A DNA stretch of 64,000 nt, taken from assembly GCA_030390025.1 (NCBI GenBank), contig CM059443.1, positions 25,296,001-25,360,000 of the forward strand, in the 5' to 3' direction. Source of the DNA: Squalus acanthias (lineage: Eukaryota). Positions 11,845-25,300 of the stretch are shown here, piece by piece (positions within the stretch are counted from its first letter, which is position 1; each line of letters begins with the position of its first letter). The notes below the pieces were generated by a model. The model saw nothing but the letters and a program-made list of their open reading frames with translations, was not told where the DNA came from and did no database searches. The position numbers and the translations under genes are program-made.

Positions 11845-12020
11845 GTTCCTTCATCGTCGCTGGGTCAAAATCCTGGAACTCCCTCCCTAACAGCACTGTG
11901 GGAGTACCTTCACCACACGGACTGCAGCTGTTTAAGGTGGCTCACCACCAACTTCTCAAGGGCAACAAATGCTGGCATTGCCAGCGACGCCCACATCCCA
12001 TGAACAAATTTAAAAAAAAA
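11845..12020 (+). mobile_element. LINE 3' tail fragment of the family at 27555-28500
   Basis: cagcactgtgggagtaccttcaccacacggactgcag...cccacatcccatgaa followed by an A run. Confidence 0.75.
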
Positions 12021-12214
12021 TTCTAAGAATGGGTTGCCTGCTCTCTCACTCCGACAGGAAAAGATACATGTGTGGGACTAAGGCCTGAATGAAAAAAAAC
12101 AGATGCAAAAGAACACAAGGATAAGATATAGCTGCAAGAAATGTAGATATTCATCCATTCCATTCATTGGTGCTTTCAGAACTGAGATATTTACCCCTGA
12201 GGCAATCAGCAACA

Positions 12215-15200
12215 TAAAACATCTTTACTGAAACTTTATTATTTTATGCTACAGAGTAATATAAAATTTTGTAAAATGAAGATATTTCATTATGGATACA
12301 TAGACGTGTAGTGCAACTGTCTTGTGGGACTGGCAAGGTACTGGTACTAGAGAAGCAAACTGTTCAATTAGTATCTGGTAGATATTCTCTTAATATATTA
12401 CAAAAAAATTATTGCTGAACAACAGGCACGCATTCGGAGACAGTGAACTGCAAGTTGTAAAAAAAGATAATTGTAGTTTTTTTTTTATTTATCATAAAAA
12501 TGAAAGCATGCTACTATATTCCTTCCTTGAAAGTAGAAAATTAAGAATAATTAGTTTAAGGCACATTTTGATAATTTTTTTTTACATATATACCACTTCA
12601 TTTCCTACACTTATAAATACAAATAGAAAACAAAGACAACCCAGTAATTTGTAAGTAGGCAAAAGTGCTTGCATTGTTTACAGATACCCACAGCATATAC
12701 AATAGCTACAATCAATAGAACCATATCGGTTAACAAAATAATTTATGTAAAAAAGTCAAAATGTACTGTTTAATGAACAAAAAGCAACATGAATCTTTTA
12801 ATTCATGTAGACAACCCTGATATAAAAGGTAGAAAAGGGCTATTGGATCGGTTCCTGAGGCAAAGAGATTTTATAGCAGGCAACTTAAGATGGTGAATAC
12901 TTTGGTATTTGTGTTCTATCCTTGTTAGAATACTTTGTGAAAGTAGGGCACAAAAGCAATTAATCTCTGGTTTCTAATATGACAGTGCATCCAAAATTTC
13001 TAATGGCAGATTAAAGCAGTTTTTTAAAGCTTTACAGCAGTCCCTGAATTAAATTTGTTTAAAATTACTTTAACAATTACTCGATAGAACATTTATAGTT
13101 GGGTGTTTCTAGTCCGCAAAAATTACATACATCTTCCCTATTTCACCATCTGCTCTTCTTGCTCCCTGCCATATACACAACCACCTGTATTAGGTGTTCC
13201 TTTCTGTATGACAAACAAGCAAATATAACTGGGCCTGTGGGTTATTGAGTATAACTAATGCTATGGCTTGAGCCAGGCTCCAAAATGGATTGAAGCACAC
13301 AGGAATGCTGGCAATGATCTTGTGGGTGTTTTAAAGTGTTCTTACAATCCATTAAATAGGTCGAGGAAAGGGCCATGATATCTATTTTTGATCCATCAAA
13401 TAATAGTGACTTCAGCAAATCTCCATCAATTACAGAGTAATGTAACAGTGTTTGCTTTGATGCTTCGTTTTCTAACCTTCCTGTCTAATTCACAGAACCA
13501 CATTGACCCCCTCCATTTAATGGGTTTCTCTTTACCAAGTAATAGCAGCGACCATATTGCTTGGTTCAAATATGTTAACCCGTAATTCACAAAGGTGAAA
13601 CAACAGCCATTACACATAACCCTCTGACACACTGAATCAAGTTTCCATGTTTGTCACTTTTGTTTAAATGTCTGGTTGAAAGTTAAAGGTCATTATTTGC
13701 TCTTGATATTTTTCCTCCAACCATCCTCGTCTCTTGCCATCATCCAAGGCTTCAATAAGCCAGTTATTACTGTGACCTATTTATTATACTTTTTGTTTTA
13801 AAAACTAGAGTTTCCATTTGCTTGAATTTACTTCCACCAGAACTCTGGAGTAATCAAAGGGAATTAATATTTTTAGGCACTGGATTAGTCATGTTGGGGT
13901 TGTAACCAATGTTTTATTGTAACCCTTACATGCTACCAAAAACAGTTACTGAATCACACAAAACACACAAACTGAGGTTCAGACTTGAATAAAGTGATTC
14001 ATACAGTACTACATGCATGTCAGTTTAACTGAAAAATTGTGATGCAGATTTTAGGCAGCTATGGTGGTAATAGAGACTATCATGTCAGACCATAATTTAA
14101 ACCCACAAAAGATGGCTTCTCAAATACCACCATTCTGACTATATCTTCTTCCAGTCTATATATCCACTGGATCAAGATAATTTTACTGTACCTGAGTAAG
14201 TGATGCAAGTGTTAGTATAAAGTCAATGTAAGAATGACTAAACTGCTTCTTGTCCCCAATGATTACTCCCAGTTTTGAATGGCTGGACAGTGAAAGGAAC
14301 TTTTTTACCTGTAGCAAGGAACCTGACTTTCATAAAACGAGTCTTTGGGGTCACTCCAAATGGATTGGTAGGTTTACAATACCAATACTGACAATAACCT
14401 GAGCAACAGATTTTATTTTATAAAAAACTTCCAGCTTAGAGTCTTTGAACTAAAAAAGTTGCATATTTATTCCGACCATTGCAGCTTATCTGCTCTACAG
14501 TGGCACTGCTAGTGAGTTGCTGAGCAATTGAATAAAGAGAAAGAACAGAAATCTTTCTACTGCAGTTCTCTGACCAGAGCAGTTACTGGCGAGAGGAGGT
14601 TAGTGCAGTGAAACTCGCAGGACCAACATGAAATAGAGAGGGGGGAAAAAAGCGATAGAAATAAAATTTAAGGAAAGAAAGTAAATTAAATAACATAAAA
14701 TATTACTTTATTTCATTTTAAAATAGGAATAAAAACAAGTTAAAAGGCTCCCTGTTCGGCCAGAGCTCACATTCCTGTCGATTCAGTTATGTTTTGAGCA
14801 CTCTCAACCAGACTGCTCTTCTGTCTCCCATCAGATATCAATTTGCCCCACACAGATCTTACAGGGACAAGAAACAGACAGAACAACCCAATTTAATTTT
14901 CTTCAACTCCCAAAATTAAAACCAAGGGTTGTAAACCACCACATTCATCTGGAGTGGCTCTACACAAGAGTGAAGTTTCCAGGTTAAAGTAAATATTTCA
15001 AGGGGGACATATATAAGCATATAACGAGACTTTAACCAGCACTTTCTGTAACTACACTTTTATAAGCTATTGCATAGTTGCTCCAATATAGTTAAAGAGG
15101 ACATGTCACAGCCAGCAGGTGATATGACTAATATCCACAAGTCAGGCAGAGTTCGTAACTCTGTGGAGATATTTATCATGTCTTGCTGCTTTCCACAACA

Positions 15201-16027
15201 TATATTTATACCACATGCTTAAAATATATAATTTAGAAACAAATTTACATCTTTATGATATTACAAGTGTGGAGATATGAAAAATATCACCACGGTTCCC
15301 AGACCATGTGTGGTATAAAACCTGTTACAATCTTTTTAAAAGATGACGGAGTTTATATTTACAGTCATATAGTTGTACGTTACAATGTTGCACTTTGTTA
15401 AAGCATATTAATAGTACATGAATAGTTTACTACACTGTAATTACACTGCTGTTAAGTGCTTATTTAAGCCCCCCAAAAAATGTGTTACATAAAAGGTGTG
15501 CAGAACAGCAGTTACTCGACAGCAGAGAAAATGGTACTCTTCCTCAGAAATACAGCTTTTCTAGCAGGTTTCCAAATGTCATGGCGAGTGCTGGGAAAGC
15601 TGGCTTTCAGTTTCACTAGGTTGGGACGAACTTTATTTTTCAACCATTGAACCTTATTACCTGTTACTTTGTACAGTTCTCCCTTCTCGTCGGTTTTTGA
15701 CTGTGCAGATACTCATTCCAATCTCCAGTTGTAACTGAACAAGTGCTTGGTTGATTACAACACCAGTACCAAAATACAGTGAGAGGAGAAGGATGTCAGC
15801 TTCTGATAACGCCACACCAAAGATTCAAAGGTTGAAGAAATCTACCTTCAAAGCCCACATTATTGAAGAAAGCTTCAAAGAAAGCAGCTTTGTCCCAGTC
15901 CTGGTCTTTATGTGCAGGCAGTGTCATTGAAGGGAAAATCTATTTTCAGCCTGCATGTCAATATGATACGAAAGATTTCAACTGGAGTCAGGCACTTTAG
16001 CATAGCAGCATGCTAGTCTTTTGCTAT
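12215..16027 (-). other. SBNO2: Probable long SBNO2 3' UTR (about 3.8 kb) ending after AATAAA at 12235-12240
   Basis: Transposon-free AT-rich stretch downstream of the stop, ending at a minus-strand AATAAA. The true end is not proven. Confidence 0.55.
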
Positions 16028-16362
16028 TCAGCCAGCTTCCCAGAGGTGTGATGGTTGCCCAAACTGAATAACACTTTGTCGATCTTGACTTAGCATTTGA
16101 TCCTGCTCTCCAAATTGATCATAATCAATCCCTAACAACTCCTGTAAAACTTGTACAGGGTCGAAAGTTTCTGATAAAATCTGAGGATTGTTGGTAAAGG
16201 CTTGTTCCCCAGATAAACTGTCCTGTGCATCGCTTTGACATATTTGCAGTACTTGACTTGCCAGAAGCTGCCGATTCTCCTCCTGTTTTTTCTTTACCGC
16301 CATGTCCATTTTCTTCAGCTCTTCAATGACATTATAAACGCAGGCTTCAGGAATCTTTATAC
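16028..16362 (-). CDS. SBNO2: SBNO2 last coding exon: IKIPEACV...[18 protein letters not shown]
   Basis: CAG acceptor, GIKIPE start, RQSVIQF motif, TGA stop at 16028-16030. Confidence 0.92.
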
Positions 16363-19300
16363 CTGTAGAAATCACCAGACAAAAAGTTTGCTTAGATTAG
16401 AGAACAAACACAGTCAATGCTGAAGTCAGTTCCTTTATCAGAAGAGACTATTATAATTTAGCAACTGTCAATTCACAATAAGCACTTGAGTACAACTTGC
16501 ACTATCTGATGGGGCTGACAGTGTAATAGGGTTGTTTAGAGGGCCTCCCTCCCCATAATGTGACTGGAGCGCTTGAGTAGCGTTCCTGTCCCTAAGCGCC
16601 CAGTTGGAACGGGTGCAGTGTGGTAGGATTGAGGGTGTAGAATTTTGCGGCTGGTAACAGTAGAGTGGTTATGTTACTGGACTAACAACCTAGAGGTCAT
16701 GGGTTCAAATCTGGTCATTTGTGGACTGGTACCAAAAAAATGACCATGAAAGTTGCCAAAAAGTCAACTGGTTCACTAATATTTTTTAGGAAAGGGAACC
16801 TGCACATAACTTCAGTCCCATGCTCTGGCCTCAGAGGGGGCCTACCAAGGTTTTGTCAGGGAAACTAGGGTTGGGCATTAAATGCTGGCTAGCATCATCA
16901 TCCAAAAACAAAAGCATAATGAACTGGGAGTCTGGATCACAGTTGAGCATGATTGCTGTTCTCACCCAACATTCAGATACATTGGACCAGAAAATCCAGA
17001 GGGAGGGAGGTGCATAAGTGCTGGGATATGCTCACCCGCAGCCCCGGCCTCTGATCCCGCGGGGCCAGGAGGAGCAGGCCTTTAGCGGATTTGGGGTGCA
17101 TCTGTGGTGGCCTCCATCAGAAACACTGGCTGAAGCTTGCCAGAATGGGGTGCTGGGCCCCTTGCCCCAGAGAGGTACAAGCTCTGCCCCAACAGCCCCC
17201 CTCTCAGGGAGCACTTTAAAATAAAAATAAAATTGGGTCCCCGATCTTCAGGGGTCCATGCTCCAATCCCAGCCTGGACCCCCACCCACCAAGTGGGCCC
17301 GGGTGTCGGTGATGTATGCTTGTGCTGATCCAATGCCAGGTCCCAACTGAGGGCCAGGGCATGGGAACTCCTGACTTAGAGAATCTCCGTACTTGGCACC
17401 TGATGAGAGCTAATTAATTAAACCAAAGCCTAGGAAACTTAAATGGTTCACTGCAAACGGTCAAGTTATGTGTTCAAGAAAATCATGATTCCCAATGAAT
17501 TTATGTGGTTCGAAATGCCTAACATTGAAATTAGGCCAGTGTTGACAGGCCGATCCCAAAAATCAGTACAATGTTGTCTACTTAACAGAAGGTGTTAATT
17601 TTCTTTGCAATAGAAAAAATCTGATCTAATAAGTAATCTAAAAAAATTCCATCTTAAAAATGACTGTGTGCAGTATTAGCATATGAATCCTTAGCAATTT
17701 TGTATGACATTCCTTTGAACATTATTGTAACATGTGTTAATCTATTTTAAATGAGCTAACAACTAAGATAGAATGAAGGACAAAGGATACCATATAAATA
17801 TGTTCAGCAGTCACAGCTAATTTTGCACACAGCAACTGGTAAGCACCTATCTTTTTTTTCCACCACAAGCATATTATCTACAACAAAAATTTAGTTCTGT
17901 TTCTTGATTTTATTACTCATTAAGGTTTTACAGTTAATGGACAAAATCACTAACTCCAAATGAAATATATCAAATATATTTTTTAAATTCATTAACTAAC
18001 AAACAGTTTGGCAGACTATATTTAAACATTGATTGTAGAAATGTAATTTAATTTCAATCAATATATTCTGCCAGAATAATGAGATCGGTGCATTGAGAAC
18101 ACGCACAAGAGAAAGTACTGGAAATACAGTTTGTTAGACTGAGTGAATCAGTGCATCAATGTGGATAAATTAAACAGATAAAAATACCACTGATTGCGCC
18201 ACCTAGGGGCAAGTTGGTATATGAACATTTTTCTCAGCAGAGCATCTCTCAAAGCTAAATCCACGCGAGAACAAGTAAACTTTTACTCACCAACTTGCTT
18301 CTTCTGCTCCTTGGTTTTGAGGCGTACAATTTGTAAGTGACTGGAACTTGTAACATCAGACATAATGTTTCCAACTTTGTTCCAAACCCTTAGTAGAGCG
18401 CCACACAACATATAGTAGTGGCGCAGCCGCATGCCTTGAAAACACTCCTTCCCTTGTTGTACTATTTTACACTTCCCATTCCTGTGGATGACAGAAGATG
18501 TATGGACACATTTCAATAATTATTTCAGCCTTGTGCACTTCCCTTCCCATGCTGTTGTTTCCAAAAGATATACAATAATAATTATGACCCACCACATATT
18601 GTGGGTATGAGACAGACAGTGATCATATAGTGACACAGTAATTGTATAGCGATTGTATGGTGATACAATGACTGACAAGCTGATTCAGAAATCGTGACAT
18701 TTCTTTGTGTGCTATTTTAACATAAAAAATTAATTAACAACTCGGTTAAAATAAAGGACAAATGATGTCATGTAAATCTGTAGAGCAGTCATACTCTAAT
18801 GTTGAGCACAGTAATGTGTAAGCTCCTATCTTTTATGTTTAACTATATCCATAATATCTAGAGGGATATGGCGATCATGTAGGATACAATGATGGCGCAG
18901 GCACACAGCACTCGTACAGAATACCAAGAAGGCGCGGTTTCTAGCTGGTCATTATCATGGAAATTGTGCCCAGCCAATCACACCCAGACTAAAGATGAGC
19001 CAACAGAAATAACTGGGGGTGGGTGGGTAGAGTCACACCTAGAGTCTTTAGGATTGAATTCAGCTCCTTCTGATTTGCTCATATTGCCAAGTTTGAAATC
19101 AGCAGCTTAATATATAATTATATATCGTGAGAATTTTCAGATAATGTGGAAGTCAGTATTAGCTAAGAAAATGAGAAGCAAACTAAAAAAGACAAGGACC
19201 ACATACAATGATCAAAAGCTTTTGTTTACAAAATGGTAAATATCAAAATACAGGAAACTTTCGTTTATCCGGCACCCAAATATCCGGAATTCTCGCTTAA

Positions 19301-22300
19301 CCGGCAAAAATCATCCTCCGAAAACTCCTCTCAAATAACCGGCAATGTTGCCGAGTCGCAGTCGAGTCTCCGCGAACGCCGAGTGCTCCGAAAAATCCTC
19401 TCAAATAACCGGCAATGTTGCCGATCCCGAGTCCGAGTCCGAGAACGCCGATTTAGTCAGTAGGGGTACTTTTCAAAAGTGCCACTACTCGGCCTCCTGG
19501 CGCAAGTCCGAAACATTGCAGTAGCAGGAGTAGATTCTCCTGTGCTGCTTGGAGTCTCTTTGTTAAAAATAGACTCGGTAGATATAACTCTCTGTTATCC
19601 GGTACTTTCGATAAACCGGCACCACGCCGGTCCCGTCGATGCCGGATAAACGAAAGTTTCCTGTACTAACATAAGCAACCCTTTTCATCAGGGCTTATAG
19701 TGAATCTAAACATAATGTGGTAAAAATCTTTTCACACAGTGGTAATTTGGTCACTGTTCACATGTTCTTCCCAAATATGAAAATAGTGCACCAGCTACTC
19801 CAGTGTTAGATATCACTTTAAGGCTGAATTTATTTGTGTGCAACAAATCTGCACCTACAGTACTACAATGTACAGGGAATGTCAATCCGACACCACCACA
19901 ATATATATGAAACATTCTTTTACAAAACTGCTTAAAGGATGTTTAAAATGAAATAAACAAATGTAAAGGAGCTGTAACAAGACCTGGGGTGATGAAATTA
20001 CAAATCTGATATGACCTCTGCACTAACATATTGTTCTATCCCCACATACTATAAAACATTTTATTAAAAAACTTTTATCTACACCCCATCTTTTTAATGC
20101 AATACACTTCAATAATGTGCATACCAAACTATATGAACCATTTGCACAGTTTTACTAATTGAGTTTCTGAAGGACCTATTATGAAAGGGAAACTACTTGA
20201 AGCATACCCATTCAAACTAGCAAAGCCTTACCAAGCTGCGTGACTGCATTTTTGGAAGGAGAAACTATACAGGTTTCCCCAAAATTCTTTGGCCTCTTCT
20301 GGTTCAACCTAAGATATACAAGGAAAATAAATAAATAAAGTATTAAATGAAAAATTGCAACACTGCTGAAAAGAATAAAGAAAGCTAAAAAGATTAAATT
20401 TTTTCACTTGCCTTTAATTTGATTTTGTAGAAATAGCAAATGTGCCAATAAATAGTATAAAACAATCAAAATTAAAAAGCCAAAAATGTAAATAAAAAGT
20501 AATGCTATCCTAAGTGAAAGTTTAGATCATTTTGCAGATGAGAGTTAACCATAAATGTTTACTGATGTATCTAAACTTTTCCTGTGCAGATTTGTTTAAA
20601 ATATATTTAAAGCATTTTTCCAAAGAAACTAGTGTCCATGACACCCACTTAAGTTTCACTACAGTATATTTTTTCAGTACTAAATCTAACCTTTGTGATT
20701 ATTCCTCTATTCCTTCCTCACAAAAATGTTCCAAACTGTTGTTTATCAACCAATATTCCAAGAACAATGGTTCATAAACAACAGGAAAAAATTGGTTGTT
20801 GTACTCCAAATATAGTCTAACTGCTTTATAGAGAATCATTCTCTCCACAAGGTTTTATTTCTTTGATTACCAAGGATCTATCCTTGGCCCCCTCCTATTT
20901 CTCATCTACATGCTGCCCCTTGGCGACATCATCCGAAACACAGCGTCAGTTTCCACATGTACGCTGATGACACCCAGCTCTACCTCACCACCACTTCTCT
21001 CGACCCCTCCACGGTCTCTAAATTGTCAGACTGCTTGTCCGACATGGATGAGCAGAAATTTTCTCCAATTAAATATTGGGACGACCGAAGCCATTGTTTT
21101 CGGTCCCCGCCACTGACTCCATCCCTCTCCCTAACATCTGTCTGAGGCTGAACCAGACTGTTCGCAACCTTGGTGTCATATTTGACACTGAAATGAGCTT
21201 CCAACCACATATCCACGGCATAACTAAGACCGCCTATTTCCACCTCCGTAACATCGCCCGTCTCTGCCCTTGCCTCAGCTCATCCGCTGCTGAAACCCTC
21301 ATCCATGCCTTTGTTACCTCTAGACTTGACTATTCCAACGCACTCCTGGCTGGCCTTCCACATTCTACCCTACGTAAACTTGAGGTCATCCAAAACCCGG
21401 CTGCCCATGTCCTAACTCACACCAAGTCCCGTTCGCCCATCACCCCTGAGCTCGCTGACCTACACTGGCTCCTGGTTAAGCAACGTCTTGATTTCAAAAT
21501 TCTCATCCTTGTTTTCAAATCCCTCCATGGCCTCGCCCCTCCCTATCTCTGTCATTTCCTCTAGCCCCACAACCCCCCGAGATATCTGCGCTCCTCTAAT
21601 TCTGCCCTCTTGAGCATCCCTGATTATAATCACTCAACCATTGGTGGCCGTGCCTTCTGTTGCCCTGGGGCCCTAAAGCTCTGGAATTCCCTGCCTAAAC
21701 CTGTCCACCTCGTTACCTCTCTTTCCTCCTTTAAGACGCTCCTTAAAACCTACCTCACCTGCCCTAATTTCTCCTTATGTGGCCCGGTGTCAAATTTTTT
21801 GTCTTATAATATTCCTGTGAAGCGCCTTGGGACGCTTTACTACGTTAATGGCGCTATATAAATACAAGTTGTTGTTGTTGTATTACATGGTAAAGAAAAT
21901 GTTGGTAGCTGATCAACTGTCACTTCCAAATATTTTTCCCACGAGGTTTAACCCCTCGTTATACTGTGATTTTTAAAGATACACAGCCGTATATGGCTGT
22001 ATGCCTTCAAAAAAATCACAGTACAATGAGGGGTTGAACCCTGCAGGAAAAAAATAAATATATTTATATAAAATTGGCAAGCCTTTTATATGTTTGTCAT
22101 TCAACTTGGATTCAATAACGCAATTTGTATCAAAGTATTGCAAAAATATCAACTTATCACTTGTTCCCGATGTTTAGCTGTTCTTCCCTCGGTATAAAGA
22201 CAGCGCCTCTTTAATACCGCTAGATCCAAAATGTACAGTTGTATGATTTTCTGGGCTAGTGGGAGCTGCAAAAATTAGTTGTTGGCCGGGGTTTGTTTTA

Positions 22301-25300
22301 TCAGACTTAAAAGCATTACTGTACAATTATCAGTATTAAAAGCCATTTGCTAATCATCACCCCAAGCACATATAACCTAATGGTGACAACAATTACAGTT
22401 CATGTTTCTTTCATCAACTTTTTAGGAGAGAGGGGATTTCTCACTGATTGAACCTTGCATATAACTAAAACAACAGAACCAATCCTGTCATTACAATACT
22501 CACTCTTTTGTATTTCTTCCGTAAGTTATCAAAGCTTTCTGGTTGTATTTGTTTGCCAATATTTGGTTTATACAACACATAATTCTTCACAGTAATTTGC
22601 TCAGCCAAAAGTGCAAAAGGCTCATTCCCTCTAAGCTGTAAGAAAAAAACCAGTAAGAATGTGTGAAGATCCAAGGCAGTACTTATGCTTGAGTGACCCA
22701 AAGTGTAGGAGTTGTGAGCAATTTTTTTTAGTATAAAAGCATTATAACTTTCATGTATCATAAAGCAAAGGCAATTCTACAATCCTGTAAAATGACTTTT
22801 TTGTCATACATGAGTATACAAAGCTTCAAACTATCAGACAAATATTCAAATATAATTGATCCATTGACATTTTACATCTGTTATTACTCAAATCTGAAGT
22901 AGTGTAATACAGGTTGAGCGCCTCGAATCCGGCAACCTCGGGACCGAGGCCGAGCCGGTTTTCGGGTTTTCCCGGACTTCGTAACTTGTTTCTGATGTCC
23001 GAAGTCCGGAAACGCCCGAGCCCAGGTTGCGATATTTCCGGACTTCGGACATCAGAAACACGTGCCGAGTCCGGAAATGCCTGGGCCCAGGTTGCGCTAT
23101 TTCCGGTTTTTGGTAAGCCTCCCTCAGGGTGTCCGGATTCCGGAACATTTTACGGATTCCGGACCCCTGCCACCAATCGTCCCGGAGTCCGGATTCCGGA
23201 ACATTCCGGATTTGGGACGCTCAACCTGATTCAGCTTCATTTAGTGCTGAGTTTCTACTAAACCTCAAATTTATCTACTAATATCTGCATTTTCCATTAT
23301 TTTGACGCTGATTTTAACTCTGGCGAAAACAGAATGGTAGTGGCCCTGGTTTTAAAGCGCCGCACTTACCAACCTTGCTCCGATCCTGCCTGCCGCCATT
23401 TTGCCCGGGGCGTTTACAAAGGCGGCCCAGGCACCTGCCTGAATTAGACAACAGCCTCGTTTAATTAAGCAAATTTGGGTTCCTGTGTCGTACAAAAGAC
23501 CCTGAATGCAATTTCGAGGTACAACTGGGAGAAGCGTGCGCGCCATGTGCGCTCTGCCCGTTCCTGCCAGGCGGTGAGCGCCCTAACCAGCAGTCCTTAA
23601 AGGAACAGCTGGAGGCCGTTCACAAAACGGCCCAGCAAATATATGTTTTTTTTTTAGTGGGGCCAAGAGGAGCAGAAAAAATCCAGGCCGCTGCTGGCGC
23701 ATCCAAAGCTACCCCAAATGCCCCCTCCCCACCAAGTTTCGACTGTTGGCCGGATCAGTGTGGCTGCCCACAAATTTTCTGCCCTATCAGAACCGGTGAG
23801 CTGCAGCAGGGTGGCGGTTTTACACTCACAGGTCACCGGCGGCATAGAATAAGGCCTAGGCCTCTAAATGGCTCAGGCCTTCCGCCAACAAGAATGGGCA
23901 GATTTAAAAAAAATGCTGAAATTTCATTTTTTTGCTATAAGTTTATTTGTTAAAATGGAGAATATTTCGAATAAAAAGTACTTAAGTTGGACTTCTCTTC
24001 GCTTTACTGTACTGAATTTCTCATCTGCATTGCAGAAGAAACGGCACCTCCGCTCCTATAATTCACTTTGCTAGAATATATGTCATAATTACATGGCACA
24101 AGGCAGGGAACAGACAACAAAATGTGATACTAACCCTGTATGAAAGGTAGAAACCATCATTAGATCCGGTCAAGGTGAGCGACTTCTGATATGCCTCTTC
24201 CCAGGGCATGCCCCTATCCACACTTATCTACAGAAAACAAAATAAATTAACAGCAACTTATTACCAATATTTGTATCGCTCTTTATTTTCCTCCTTTAAA
24301 TGTACCCTTTACTACCATCTAACACCATGTATCTTATTTCAGTCAATAAGGAGAGCTACAGGCTGCTTTCCAACTAATGTCAGTACTGTCTAAAATTAAC
24401 AGGAGGCCATTGTCTGCCAGGGTTGATTAATCGTGCCAGTTGTTATCTTTCTGGAACAAAATTTTTTGCTCCTATAATAGGCTGGCTGGGAATTACAGAA
24501 AGTCATGTTGTTATGGCTACCTGATTTAGAGTAATAGTCAAAGTCAGAGCTCAAAACTAAGGCCAATGGTCAAGAATCCGATACTCTTGACTGTTGTTAC
24601 ATTTGCAAATTTCCTTTTTCTCGCTACAAAGCCTTTCAACACCATTCAACGCTTTTCATTGGATCTAACTCTTTCAATAATAAACCAGTCTTCTGAAAAA
24701 CACAAGTGAAAAAAGTTTCATAATTCAACTGTCTGGTTTGAGTTCTGCTCAAGACCGTCACTCTAATTCGGGTAATCTTTACAAAGTAAATTACTATAGT
24801 TCCTGGCTTGCCTATTATATGGAGCTGTTCACAGGAACAAATCACTCTGTTTCCAGAGAAATATAAATTGGTAAAACTAATTTTGCCTGAGAAAATGACC
24901 TCCTGCCAATTATAAACAGTGGCTGTAAAAGTCTTTGTGATTCTGTGGGCTAGCTTTTAAGCCCATTTTAGTCATAGAGTTATACAGCACAGAAAGAGGC
25001 CCTTTGGCCCATCGTGTCCGCGCCGGCCATCTAGCCCTGTCTATTCTAATCCCATTTTCCAGCACTTGGTCCGTAGCCTTGTATGCTATGGCGTTTCAAG
25101 TGCTCATCTAAATGCTTCTTGAATGTTGTGAGAGTTCCTGCCTCTACCACCCTTTCAGGCAGTGAGTTCCAGATTCCAACCACCCTCTGGGTGAAAAAGT
25201 TTTTCCTCAAATCCCCTCTAAACCTCCTGCCCCTTACCTTGAAACTATGCCCCCTTGTTATTGACCCCTCTACTAAGGGGAAAAGTTCCTTTCTATCTAC

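Noticed and set aside
19310-19430. Direct repeats resembling a CRISPR array
   Set aside because: There are only two units, inside a MITE in eukaryotic DNA.
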